Of a DNA stretch of 64,000 nt, positions 37,857 through 46,837 are shown piece by piece. The notes beneath the pieces were generated by a model. That model was not told where the DNA came from. It saw nothing but the letters and a program-made list of their open reading frames with translations, and did no database searches. The stretch is from Gemmatimonas sp. (GTDB taxonomy: Bacteria; Gemmatimonadota; Gemmatimonadetes; Gemmatimonadales; Gemmatimonadaceae): the NCBI GenBank assembly GCA_965279375.1, contig OZ257156.1:4832001-4896000 (forward strand), given 5' to 3'. Position 1 is the first letter of the stretch, and each line of letters opens with the position of its first letter. Made by a program: the position numbers and the translations under genes.

Positions 37857-39890
37857 GTGACACGCATTCTTGGCCTGGCGAGTGTCTGGATCGCGCTGGT
37901 AATGGCGGTTTACGGCATCGTCGCCGCGGTCATCGGACTCACCAAGCAGCGGCAGGCCTACGTCGCCAGCGCGATGCAGGCGGTGTACGTCAACTTCGCG
38001 CTGCTGACGCTGGCGACCGGCGCGATGATCTACGGCTTGGTCACGCACGACTTCAGCATCGGCTACGTCGCGCAGGTGGGCAGCCGTACCACGCCGCTCT
38101 TCTACACGATCATCTCGCTCTGGGGCGCACTCGAAGGCTCCATCCTCTTCTGGGGATGGGTGCTGACGATGTACAGCGCTGTCGTGGTGTACAGCAATCG
38201 CAAGCGCGAAGGCAATCTCGTGCCCTGGTCCGCGGTCGCGCTGATGACGATCTGCCTCTTCTTCTTCATCCTGCTCGTCGGTCCGGCCGACCCGTGGGGG
38301 CTCGTTTCGCCCACGCCGGCGGATGGCCCGGGTCCTAACCCGCTGCTGCAGAACCACATCCTGATGGCGGTGCATCCGCCGCTGCTGTATCTGGGCTACG
38401 TCGGGATGTCGGTGCCGTTTGCATTCGCCGTGGGCGCGCTGATGGCCGGCGAGATCCACTCCGCCGACTGGATCAAGCTGACGCGCCGCTGGACGTTGAG
38501 CGCATGGTCGCTCCTCTCGCTAGCGATCATCGCTGGCATGTGGTGGAGCTACGAAGTGCTTGGCTGGGGCGGCTACTGGGCGTGGGATCCTGTCGAGAAC
38601 GCGTCGTTCATGCCGTGGCTCACCGCCACCGCCTTCCTGCACTCGGTCATGGTGCAGGAGCGTCGCGGGATGCTCAAGCTGTGGAACGTGAACCTGATTG
38701 TCTCCACGTTCCTGCTCACCATCCTCGGCACCTTCCTCACGCGCTCCGGCATCATTTCGTCGGTGCACGCGTTCACGACGGGCACGATCGGCTACTACTT
38801 CCTCGCCTTCATCGCGCTCTGTCTCGTTGTCTCGCTCGTGCTGATCGGCGGCAACAGCGACAAGCTGCGCAGCGACGGCTACCTCGACTCGGCGGCCTCG
38901 CGTGAAACGATCTTCCTCTTCAACAACCTGTTTCTGACTGGCTTCACCTTCGTGGTGGTGCTGGGGACGCTCTTCCCGCTGGTCGCGGAAGCATTCAAGG
39001 GTGTGAAGGTCACGGTCGGCGCGCCGTTCTTCAACAAGATGACCATCCCGATCTGCGTCGCCCTGCTGTTCCTCATGGGCGTCGGGCCGGCGTTGCCGTG
39101 GAAGGCGGCGTCGCGTGCACAGCTGCGCACGATGTTCATCCTGCCGTCGGTGGTGGCGATCGCGATCATCGGCATCGCGCTCGCGATGGGCATGCGCGAC
39201 GCGTATGGCATGGCGGCGTTTGCGTTCGCCGGCTTCGCCCTGGTGTGCAACCTGCGCGAGTACTGGATCGGAGCGGCGGCGCGCATGCGCGCCCATGGTG
39301 AAGCGTTTCCCGTGGCACTCGCGCGTCTCATCGGCGCCAACCGTCGTCGCTACGGCGGGTTCATCGCGCACATCGGCATCATCACCGTCGCGGCGGCAGT
39401 CACCGCGTCGTCCAGCTTCCGCTTTGAACGCGACGCCACGCTCAAGCCGGGCGCCGTCATGCCGGTCAAGGGCGATCTGTCCGTGCGCTTCAAGTCGCTC
39501 TGGGAAAAGGATGAGCCGCAGCGTCAGGTGATCGGCGCCGATGTCGAAGTGCTCGACAAGGGCGAGATCATCGGCACGCTTGATCCGCGGATGAACTTCT
39601 ATCGCTCGCAGCAGCAGCCGGTGCCAACGCCGGCCGTGCGCAGCCGTCTCGTCGGTGACGTGTACATCAACCTGATGGCGTTCACGCCGGATGGTCAGTC
39701 GGCGACGCTCAAGGTGATCGTCGAGCCGTTCGTGCCGTGGATCTGGTTTGGTGGACTCATCGTCGCGTTTGGCGCCGTCGTGTCCGCGTGGCCCGTCTCC
39801 CGTCGGTCAGCGCGTGCGGTCGCCGCCGTAGTGCCGCCGATGTCGCGTCCGCAGGGGACGCCCGTCACCGCATCGAGCGTGGCGCAATGA
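37857..39890 (+). CDS. ccmF: Cytochrome c heme lyase CcmF
   Basis: WGALEGS, NPLLQN, HPPLLYLGY, WGGYWAWDPVENASFMPW, RSGIISSVHAF. Confidence 0.96.
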   Translation: MTRILGLASVWIALVMAVYGIVAAVIGLTKQRQAYVASAMQAVYVNFALLTLATGAMIYGLVTHDFSIGYVAQVGSRTTPLFYTIISLWGALEGSILFWGWVLTMYSAVVVYSNRKREGNLVPWSAVALMTICLFFFILLVGPADPWGLVSPTPADGPGPNPLLQNHILMAVHPPLLYLGYVGMSVPFAFAVGALMAGEIHSADWIKLTRRWTLSAWSLLSLAIIAGMWWSYEVLGWGGYWAWDPVENASFMPWLTATAFLHSVMVQERRGMLKLWNVNLIVSTFLLTILGTFLTRSGIISSVHAFTTGTIGYYFLAFIALCLVVSLVLIGGNSDKLRSDGYLDSAASRETIFLFNNLFLTGFTFVVVLGTLFPLVAEAFKGVKVTVGAPFFNKMTIPICVALLFLMGVGPALPWKAASRAQLRTMFILPSVVAIAIIGIALAMGMRDAYGMAAFAFAGFALVCNLREYWIGAAARMRAHGEAFPVALARLIGANRRRYGGFIAHIGIITVAAAVTASSSFRFERDATLKPGAVMPVKGDLSVRFKSLWEKDEPQRQVIGADVEVLDKGEIIGTLDPRMNFYRSQQQPVPTPAVRSRLVGDVYINLMAFTPDGQSATLKVIVEPFVPWIWFGGLIVAFGAVVSAWPVSRRSARAVAAVVPPMSRPQGTPVTASSVAQ

Positions 39891-40507
39891 ACTGGAAGCG
39901 TGCGGCGCTGCTCACGGCGTTCGTTGGTGGTCCGATGATCGCGCTGCTGTCGTACGGCATGACGCGCGATCCGCGCAGCATTCCGTCGCCGTTGCCAGGG
40001 CGTCCGGCACCGGTATTCACACGCAGCGTCTTTGCACCGGGCAACGATCCGGTGCTGCGCCTCCCCGTTGGTGACTCGGTGCGGCTCGCCGACCACAAGG
40101 GGCAAGTCGTCGTCGTGAACTTCTGGGCCTCGTGGTGTCTGGCCTGTCGCGATGAACATGAGGCGCTGTCCAACGTCGCGCGGCGGTACGCTGGGCAGAA
40201 CGTGCGCTTCTACGGCCTGCTCTACAACGATCAGCCCAAGAACGGCATCGACTGGATCGAGATGATGGGTGGTCAGGCGTACCCGGCGCTCGAAGATCCG
40301 GGCGCTCGCGCGGCGATCGACTACGGCTTGTACGGCGTGCCGGAAACGTTCGTCGTCGACCAGCACGGCAGCGTGGCGCACAAGTATCTCGGACCGGTCA
40401 ATCCGGGTGAGTTAAGTGCGCTGATCGACTCCCTGCTGACCACCAACAAGACCTCCACCGACGCACCAGTGGTTCGTACGCTGCCATCGGCCGAGCCGAA
40501 GCAGTGA
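39887..40507 (+). CDS. ccmG: Thiol:disulfide oxidoreductase CcmG/DsbE
   Basis: VVVNFWASWCLAC, YGLYGVPETF, N-terminal anchor. Confidence 0.9.
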   Translation: MNWKRAALLTAFVGGPMIALLSYGMTRDPRSIPSPLPGRPAPVFTRSVFAPGNDPVLRLPVGDSVRLADHKGQVVVVNFWASWCLACRDEHEALSNVARRYAGQNVRFYGLLYNDQPKNGIDWIEMMGGQAYPALEDPGARAAIDYGLYGVPETFVVDQHGSVAHKYLGPVNPGELSALIDSLLTTNKTSTDAPVVRTLPSAEPKQ

Positions 40508-40980
40508 CGCGGGGAATCGTCGGCACGCTGCGTGCCATCGTCGGGGCGTGCGCACTGAGCGCGATGATGGCGGTGCCACTGCACGCGCAGGGGCAGATGC
40601 AGCCTGCGGCGCCCAAGGCGGGCGTTCCGCTCGCGGGCGCCGACACCCTGCTCGATGCGCGCACCAAGAGCGTCGCCTCGCGCCTGCGTTGCCCGGTGTG
40701 CCAAGGAGAATCGATTCAGGACTCGCCGGCCGAACTCGCTGGCCAGATGAAAGACCTGGTGCGCGAGCAGCTCGCCAGTGGTCGCAGCGAGGCGCAGGTC
40801 TACGAGTACTTCACCGCGAAGTACGGCCAGTGGATTCTGCTCGAGCCCAAGGCGGAAGGCATCAACCTGCTCGTCTACGGACTCCCCATCGCGTTTCTCG
40901 TGCTCGGTGGCGCGGGACTGATGATGGCGGTCAAGAAGTGGACGCGACCGCCCGCAGATCCCATCACCACGTCGGAGTAG
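40504..40980 (+). CDS. ccmH: Cytochrome c biogenesis protein CcmH
   Basis: LRCPVCQGESIQDS, KYGQWILLEP, C-terminal TM. Confidence 0.93.
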   Translation: MTRGIVGTLRAIVGACALSAMMAVPLHAQGQMQPAAPKAGVPLAGADTLLDARTKSVASRLRCPVCQGESIQDSPAELAGQMKDLVREQLASGRSEAQVYEYFTAKYGQWILLEPKAEGINLLVYGLPIAFLVLGGAGLMMAVKKWTRPPADPITTSE

Positions 40981-40984
40981 CGGC

Positions 40985-41458
40985 ATGTTTCGGATCGTCT
41001 CACCTGCCGCGAGACGCACGGCAGTTTGCTCACTCGGCGTTGCGACCACGATGCTGCTCGTAGCCTGTGGAGCGGAGGACACAGCTGGTCGTCAGCCACT
41101 CGGCGCAGGTGCTGCCGCCGCTGGTGCGGTACCAGCTCCGGCGGCCGACGCGCCATCGGCATTGAATGCCACGATTCCGGAGGGTCCCGTTCTCTCGGGT
41201 GAAGCCAAGCTCGCGCTGGATGCGGGGAACACCGCGTATCGCGCCAAGAAGTACGCCGAGGCGATCGGGTACTATCGGGCCGCTGCGGCGGCGGCGCCCA
41301 CGCAAGCCGCCCCGTGGTTTGGCGTCTTCATGGCGGCCAACGAGCTCAAGGATCAGGCGCTCGCCGACAGCGCGATGGCCAGGGTGGATGCGCTGTCGGC
41401 CGATGCCAAGGCACTGCAGGATCACGGGACCAGCAAGCCGGCCGTTCCAAACCCGTAG
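40985..41458 (+). CDS. TPR-like lipoprotein
   Basis: Lipobox LVAC, TPR-like AGNTAYRAKKYAEAIGYYRAA..P..AAPWFG. Starts 4 bp after ccmH. Confidence 0.75.
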   Translation: MFRIVSPAARRTAVCSLGVATTMLLVACGAEDTAGRQPLGAGAAAAGAVPAPAADAPSALNATIPEGPVLSGEAKLALDAGNTAYRAKKYAEAIGYYRAAAAAAPTQAAPWFGVFMAANELKDQALADSAMARVDALSADAKALQDHGTSKPAVPNP

Positions 41459-41556
41459 GAGCGGCTTCGGCACGGATTGAAACCATCCGAGCCACAGCAC
41501 CCGTCAAAGGAAGTGTAGCCCGCCGAACATCGCGCTCTCTCTCCCCACGGTGCTCC

Positions 41557-42690
41557 ATGCGAAATCCCGCCCATCGCTCCGCATCACTCGCCGTAGCCAC
41601 GCACAACGGCGACGGCAGCTTCGTCACCGCGTCCGCCCGCACGGCGGGACTACTCGGCGCGCTTGCGCTCATGAGCAGCGCACTCGCGCCCGAGGCTCAG
41701 GCACAGTCGGAGCGGAGAACGCTCAGCGGCTCGTCCGTGGCGATCTACAATCTCGTCGGCAATGTGTCCGTCGAGTCCGGGCGCGGATCGGACGTGGTGG
41801 TGGAGGTTACGCGCCGCGGCGGCGATGCGCGGGAGCTGCGCATCGAGACCGGAGAGATTGGCGGCCGACAGACGCTCCGGGTGGTCTACCCCGACGACGA
41901 CATCATCTATCCAGGCCGTCGCGATTCCTGGGGAAGCACCGAGGTCCAAGTGAATGACGACGGCACGTGGGGCGGCAAGCGTTGGCGCGGCGGCCGTCGC
42001 GTCCGCATTCGCTCGCGAGGCCGCGGCACGGAAGCGTGGGCCGATGTACGTATTCTCGTGCCCACGGGCAAGAGCGTGGCTGCGCACGTCGCCGTGGGCG
42101 AGCTCAATGCGGACGGAGTGGATGGCAACATCGCGCTCGAGAGTGGATCAGGACGTACCACGGCATCGAATGTTCGCGGATCGCTGTCCGTGGATGTTGG
42201 CTCTGGCGGCGTGACGGTGCGCGATTCGGATCTGAGTGATCTCTCGATCGACACCGGTTCTGGTGGCGTATCGCTCTCCGGCGTGGTCGCGAATCACTGC
42301 GTCATCGACACCGGCTCCGGCGGAGTGCAGGGTGACAACGCCGCGTGCGATGCGCTGGATATCGACGTGGGCTCGGGCGGCGTGCGCTTTCTCGACTCGC
42401 GCTCCTCAGCGGTGCGCATCGATGCCGGCAGCGGGACCGTGTCGATGACGCTGCGCAACTCGCCGCGTTCGGTGAACATCGAGTCGGGCTCGGGCGGTGT
42501 CCTGCTTGGCGTGCCCGGTTCGTTGAGCGCGGATATCGATATCGAAACCGGCAGCGGCGGCATCGAGACCGACTTCATGCTCCGCACGAATCGCGTTGAA
42601 CGCAATCACGTGCGCGGCGTAATCGGCGACGGAGCGGGCCGCATTCGCATCGAGACCGGCTCCGGTTCGGTGAAGCTGCGTCGCAACTAA
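41557..42690 (+). CDS. DUF4097 beta-strand repeat (adhesin-like) protein
   Basis: Signal-like segment followed by many (D/E)xGSG repeats, ending IETGSGSVKLR. Confidence 0.85.
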   Translation: MRNPAHRSASLAVATHNGDGSFVTASARTAGLLGALALMSSALAPEAQAQSERRTLSGSSVAIYNLVGNVSVESGRGSDVVVEVTRRGGDARELRIETGEIGGRQTLRVVYPDDDIIYPGRRDSWGSTEVQVNDDGTWGGKRWRGGRRVRIRSRGRGTEAWADVRILVPTGKSVAAHVAVGELNADGVDGNIALESGSGRTTASNVRGSLSVDVGSGGVTVRDSDLSDLSIDTGSGGVSLSGVVANHCVIDTGSGGVQGDNAACDALDIDVGSGGVRFLDSRSSAVRIDAGSGTVSMTLRNSPRSVNIESGSGGVLLGVPGSLSADIDIETGSGGIETDFMLRTNRVERNHVRGVIGDGAGRIRIETGSGSVKLRRN

Positions 42691-42701
42691 CGCAGCGCGC
42701 G

Positions 42702-44036
42702 CTACTTCTTCTTCACTGTTGGCAGCACCGTGAGCGCGAACGGATCTGCGTTCGGATCCTCGTGCCACTCGTACTCGAGACTTTTCGCCAGCAACCGCGC
42801 GCGATCCTTGCCGTAGAGCTTGGCCACCATGCCGAGCGCCATGTCGGTACCAGCGGACACACCGGACGACGTCAGCAGCTTGCCGTCGTCCACCCAACGC
42901 GCCTTGGGCATCCACTGCACCGATGGGTCCTGCTCCATCGCCAGTGCAAAGTAGGCCTTGTTTGATGTCGCCTTGTGCCCAGCGAGAATTCCCGCCTTCG
43001 CCAGCAACGCTGAACCCGTGCACACCGACGTCGTCAGCTCGGTGCGCGCGTGCTGCGTGCGGAGATAATCGAGGAACGCCGCGTTCTTGAGCTCCGTGAA
43101 CGTACCCACACCGCCGGGCACCATCATCACATCGAGCGGCGGCGCATTCGCAAACGAGTACTCGGCAATGGTAGAGACTCCCTGTGCCGATTTGACCGGC
43201 CCCGCCTTCTCGGCCACGAGCACCACCTTGAACTCCGTCACGTACGACCACATCTCGATCGGCCCAAAGACATCGAGGACCTCGAACCCTGGGTAGAGCA
43301 CGATCCCCACGGTCTTCTTGGTGGAGGCACCTGGCGGCGACACAGCCGGCGTTGCGGCGCTCGCCGAGGTAGCCACCGTCTTGATGGCTGGATCGAGGGC
43401 TGCCTTGAGATACGCGGCGCGCCCGCCCGAAATGCTGGCGAGATACTCGTCTCGATTGGAGACGCCATCGCCATCAGCATCGCCATCGTATGCGAGATAC
43501 TTGCTGAGCGCGACAGCAAGCGTGTAGTCGCTCTTGAGTGGTGCACCGAACGTGCCCGACATCTCGTTGTACGCGGCGAACGATCCTTTGCCGAGCATGG
43601 CGTATCCGGCGCTCACGTCGGCGGCCGTCGGGTAGCGGCTGGCCAGCGACTGCATGTCGGTCGTAGCGGAAGCCCGCGCTTGCAGAAACGCCGCCCGCAC
43701 GAGTGCATGCGTGACGCCTCGCGATGCGCTCCGATCGAACGTCGGATTGGCGAGAATCGCTGAGACCAGCGCCAACTCATCGGCGTCGAGCATGCCGTTT
43801 GGCTTGCTGGTGACATCAAGGTTGGCGTCGGTGGTGTTGGGTGCAAAGCCCAGCCCTTTCATCGCGGCGTCGAAGTCCACGACGAGCGGAAGCGGCGGAT
43901 TGGCGCGTGGCTGCGACTGTGCCTGTACTGTGTCCGTCGCGCCGAGCATGATGGTCGCAGTAGCGGCGGTCAGTCTGGCAACCTTTGACAGTGACCGACG
44001 TGAAGTCCGACGTCGCGGCGCACGCGCCGCGATCAT
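42702..44036 (-). CDS. Secreted fusion: uncharacterised Asp-rich N-terminal domain plus DJ-1/PfpI (isonitrile hydratase-like) domain
   Basis: Basic/hydrophobic signal peptide, NGMLDADE and DGDADGDGVSNRDEY loops, C-terminal YPGFEVLDVFGP, MVPGG, SVCTGS, TSSGVSAGTDM. ATGA overlap with copC. Confidence 0.88.
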   Translation of the reverse strand: MIAARAPRRRTSRRSLSKVARLTAATATIMLGATDTVQAQSQPRANPPLPLVVDFDAAMKGLGFAPNTTDANLDVTSKPNGMLDADELALVSAILANPTFDRSASRGVTHALVRAAFLQARASATTDMQSLASRYPTAADVSAGYAMLGKGSFAAYNEMSGTFGAPLKSDYTLAVALSKYLAYDGDADGDGVSNRDEYLASISGGRAAYLKAALDPAIKTVATSASAATPAVSPPGASTKKTVGIVLYPGFEVLDVFGPIEMWSYVTEFKVVLVAEKAGPVKSAQGVSTIAEYSFANAPPLDVMMVPGGVGTFTELKNAAFLDYLRTQHARTELTTSVCTGSALLAKAGILAGHKATSNKAYFALAMEQDPSVQWMPKARWVDDGKLLTSSGVSAGTDMALGMVAKLYGKDRARLLAKSLEYEWHEDPNADPFALTVLPTVKKK

Positions 44037-44439
44037 TTGCCTGTCACCTTGAAGTCGATCGTGCCGTTGACGACATGGCCGTCCTTGGACATTGCCTTCC
44101 ACGTCACCTTGTAGGCGCCCGCCGCGAGCGGCTTGCTGATCGCGGCAGACAGTGGAGCGTCCTTGGCTTCAGCACGCGTCACCGGCGCCGTTGCAATGGC
44201 AACGCCTGCATCCGTCGCCAATGCGATCTTGGTTGCCGGTACTTCCGCGGCTCGGAGAGCCAGAGCTGAATCGCTTCGGGCGACTTGGCGAGCGTGGTGT
44301 CTGCCGACGGGAAGGATTTGAGCAGCCGCAGATGACGCATCGCGGCACTCGGTGCTGCAACGGCCGCGAGGGCAGCAGCAACGGAAACGACAGCGACAGT
44401 ACGACGAGCAGTGACGTTAGCGAGGGGGCGAGCGATCAT
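44033..44439 (-). pseudogene. copC: Copper-binding protein CopC, interrupted by a 1-bp frameshift (real lesion or sequencing error)
   Basis: Frame 1 gives signal peptide + HLRLLKSFPSADTTLAKSPEAIQLWLSEP. Frame 2 continues AEVPATKIAL...LAAGAYKVTWKAMSKDGHVVNGTIDF. Adding one base at about 44248 joins the two. Confidence 0.85.
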
Positions 44440-45593
44440 CGGGCACTCCAGGGGTTTGAATGTTGGGGATTCGTGAGAAACGAGCTGTCGGTGAGTGAGC
44501 GAAGAAACGCCAGCATGTCCTGCACTTCGCGCGGTGTGAGACCCATGCGCTTCATGAATTCGCTGCGGTACGGATTGGTCGCGCCAACGCCGGCGTGCGG
44601 CCCTGTCCGAATGGAGCGGCCACCCGCGTTGTAATGCGCGATCACCTGTTCGAGCGTCGCAATGCTGCCGTCGTGCATGTACGGCGCCGTCACGGCCACG
44701 TTGCGCAGCGACGGGGCCTTGAAGCGACCCATGTCCTCGTCGATGCCGGTGATCTCATGCACGCCGGTGTTGGGTGCCGGATACGCGCCGGTTCCACCGA
44801 TGTTGTAGAGTGCCGTATTGTGAAATTCGATTTCGGCGAAGCCTTTGCCTTCGTAGTCCGAGGTGCCAGTGAAGTTGAAGCCACCGTGACAGTGGAAGCA
44901 CTCGGTCTTCTCGGAGAAGAAGAGTTCCTCACCGCGTCGCGCCGACGCACTGATCGCGTGCAACTGGCCCGCCTTGTAGCGATCGTACGGCGAGTTCCCT
45001 GACAGCAGCGTGCGCTCGAATGACGCGATCGCCTTCACGATCTGGTCGAGCGTGACTCGCGCCGTATCGTCAGGAAAGGCCGCGGCGAACATCGCCTGAT
45101 ACTTGGGCACCGCCGCGAGGCGAGCGAGCAGCTGCTTCTCCTGTCCGCTCAGCCCCATCTCCACCGGCGATTCGCCGAACATCGGCACGATCGCCTGCTG
45201 CTCGAGCGAACGCATGCCGGGGTTGGCCCACGTGAGCGCCGGAGTGTACGCCACGTTCGCCAACGACATGCTGCTGCGCGGGTGCACCTGCCCCGTCGAG
45301 CCCAACGAACCCGCTCGACCATCCGTGAACGCGAGACGCTGGATGTGACAGCTGCCGCAGCTGAACGTGCCGTTCCCCGAGAGTCGCGTGTCGTAGAACA
45401 GATGTCGGCCAAGCGTGACCTTCTCCGTCGTCATCGGATTCGATGCGGGCACCTTGGGCACCGGGAAACCCTTCGGGAGATCCCACGACCATGCGCGGCG
45501 CGGCGTCCACGCCGTGAAGCCGGCCAGCGCGCACGCGGCAACGATCAGCGACGCAGCGCCAACGGTGCGCAACGAACTCTGACGAATAGTCAC
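44436..45593 (-). CDS. mbnH: MbnH-family di-heme cytochrome c peroxidase/MauG-like enzyme
   Basis: LGRHLFYDTRLS, two CxxCH motifs (CGSCH, CFHCH), LTWANP, FKAPSLRNVAVTAPYMHDGS. Adjacent to mbnP. Confidence 0.88.
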   Translation of the reverse strand: MTIRQSSLRTVGAASLIVAACALAGFTAWTPRRAWSWDLPKGFPVPKVPASNPMTTEKVTLGRHLFYDTRLSGNGTFSCGSCHIQRLAFTDGRAGSLGSTGQVHPRSSMSLANVAYTPALTWANPGMRSLEQQAIVPMFGESPVEMGLSGQEKQLLARLAAVPKYQAMFAAAFPDDTARVTLDQIVKAIASFERTLLSGNSPYDRYKAGQLHAISASARRGEELFFSEKTECFHCHGGFNFTGTSDYEGKGFAEIEFHNTALYNIGGTGAYPAPNTGVHEITGIDEDMGRFKAPSLRNVAVTAPYMHDGSIATLEQVIAHYNAGGRSIRTGPHAGVGATNPYRSEFMKRMGLTPREVQDMLAFLRSLTDSSFLTNPQHSNPWSAR

Positions 45594-45605
45594 GATCGAG
45601 TCTGG

Positions 45606-46565
45606 CTACTTGCCGGCAGTGCCAACGCGCATCGCATCGCCGCGCTGCGCGCGGAAGAAGCGCGGAGTGTCCGCGCCGGTCGATGACGGATGCGGCAGAC
45701 CGAGCGACGCAAAGAGTCCGCCGCAGTCGCTGTCCGACTCGGCCGACATGCACCCCGCCGCCGTCTTTGGCTGATTCTTGCGCACGTCGCTTCGAGCGAG
45801 CAGTGCGGCCAGATCGGCGACGACCACATCACGCTTCGGGTCGAAGCCCGGAAGCGCAATCGTCGCGCGGTTCGGATGACCGCAGCTCTTGGGAGTCTTT
45901 GCCGTGGAGTCGGCAGTGACGCATCCGGTGCTGCCCAGATGAATCACCCACGGCGTGGGCGCCGAGTCAGCGGCGGTCGCGCGCATGTCCACACGCAGGA
46001 ACTTGTGCCCCGACTGCCACGCCCAGAACAGCTGCGACAACGACAGTGGCGGCGGTGCCTTGGCGAGATCTTCGTGATTGCGGGAGAACGGAACGCCGAG
46101 CGCGAAGGAGACGCCGCGGTAGTCGCCAGCGGGTGCCATCACAACGACGTAGTCACGCGTTTCAGGCGTGCCGTTCGCGCACGATCCAGTCGCGTTCTCG
46201 AAGTCCACGAGTGCGACATCCGCGTCCTGCCACGGCGCTTCTGCGCGCAGCGCGGCGCGCACGGTGTCCCCGCGCGACGAGACGAGCTTGATGTCGCTCA
46301 CGTAGAAGCGGAAATCACTGGCGGTCACACTGGCGCGCGATGTACCGATGCCGTCGTATTTGGTGCCGCAACGAAAGGCCGCGGTGTCCACCACGCCGCG
46401 GAAGCGCACGGTCAGGGGAACGAGCGAGTCGCTCGCGGCCCGCGACGGCCGCGGGCGCTCGGCGGCGGCGGAGTCGGTAGCGACCGCGCCTAGCAGCGAG
46501 AGCGTGATCGCGCCGATGGCGCACAAACCGGCGGGAGCGATGAGGCGGGACAAGCGTTGGGACAT
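45606..46565 (-). CDS. mbnP: MbnP-family copper-binding protein (metallo-mystery pair Cys-motif protein)
   Basis: Signal peptide, FRCG, DFRFYVSD, WQ...VALVDFEN...C.NG, GVPF..NH, WxW motif FWAWQSGHKF, HLGSTGC, GCMS...DC. Confidence 0.88.
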   Translation of the reverse strand: MSQRLSRLIAPAGLCAIGAITLSLLGAVATDSAAAERPRPSRAASDSLVPLTVRFRGVVDTAAFRCGTKYDGIGTSRASVTASDFRFYVSDIKLVSSRGDTVRAALRAEAPWQDADVALVDFENATGSCANGTPETRDYVVVMAPAGDYRGVSFALGVPFSRNHEDLAKAPPPLSLSQLFWAWQSGHKFLRVDMRATAADSAPTPWVIHLGSTGCVTADSTAKTPKSCGHPNRATIALPGFDPKRDVVVADLAALLARSDVRKNQPKTAAGCMSAESDSDCGGLFASLGLPHPSSTGADTPRFFRAQRGDAMRVGTAGK

Positions 46566-46591
46566 GAGAGCTCCGGAGAGAATCGGAGGCC

Positions 46592-46623
46592 CCTCCACCG
46601 CGTCAGGCCCGACGCGATGGAGG
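46592..46623 (-). promoter_or_regulatory. 13-bp stem-loop in the mbnP 5' leader
   Basis: Minus strand CCTCCATCGCGTC-GGGCCT-GACGCGGTGGAGG (one G-U pair), about 26 nt upstream of the mbnP ATG, with no U-tract. Confidence 0.55.
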
Positions 46624-46837
46624 CACAACCGGCTGGAGGCCTGAAGGCACCGGTTGCGTGCTGCTCCGAGGACAAGAACTGGAGAAGTGGAGACCGCGCG
46701 CGACACGGAGCACGCACAACAGCGCGCAAACACGCGCGCCAACGCGTGCGTTCGTGAACGCAGATGCTCAGCGTCGGATAGACGCTGCGCTTACCGGTCT
46801 GTGATGTGAGGTGTGGCCGACCTTGCGGCCACCGACG

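Noticed and set aside
44436..46565. Methanobactin biosynthetic cluster
   Set aside because: No mbnA, mbnB, mbnC or TonB-dependent receptor is present. Only the MbnPH pair is there.
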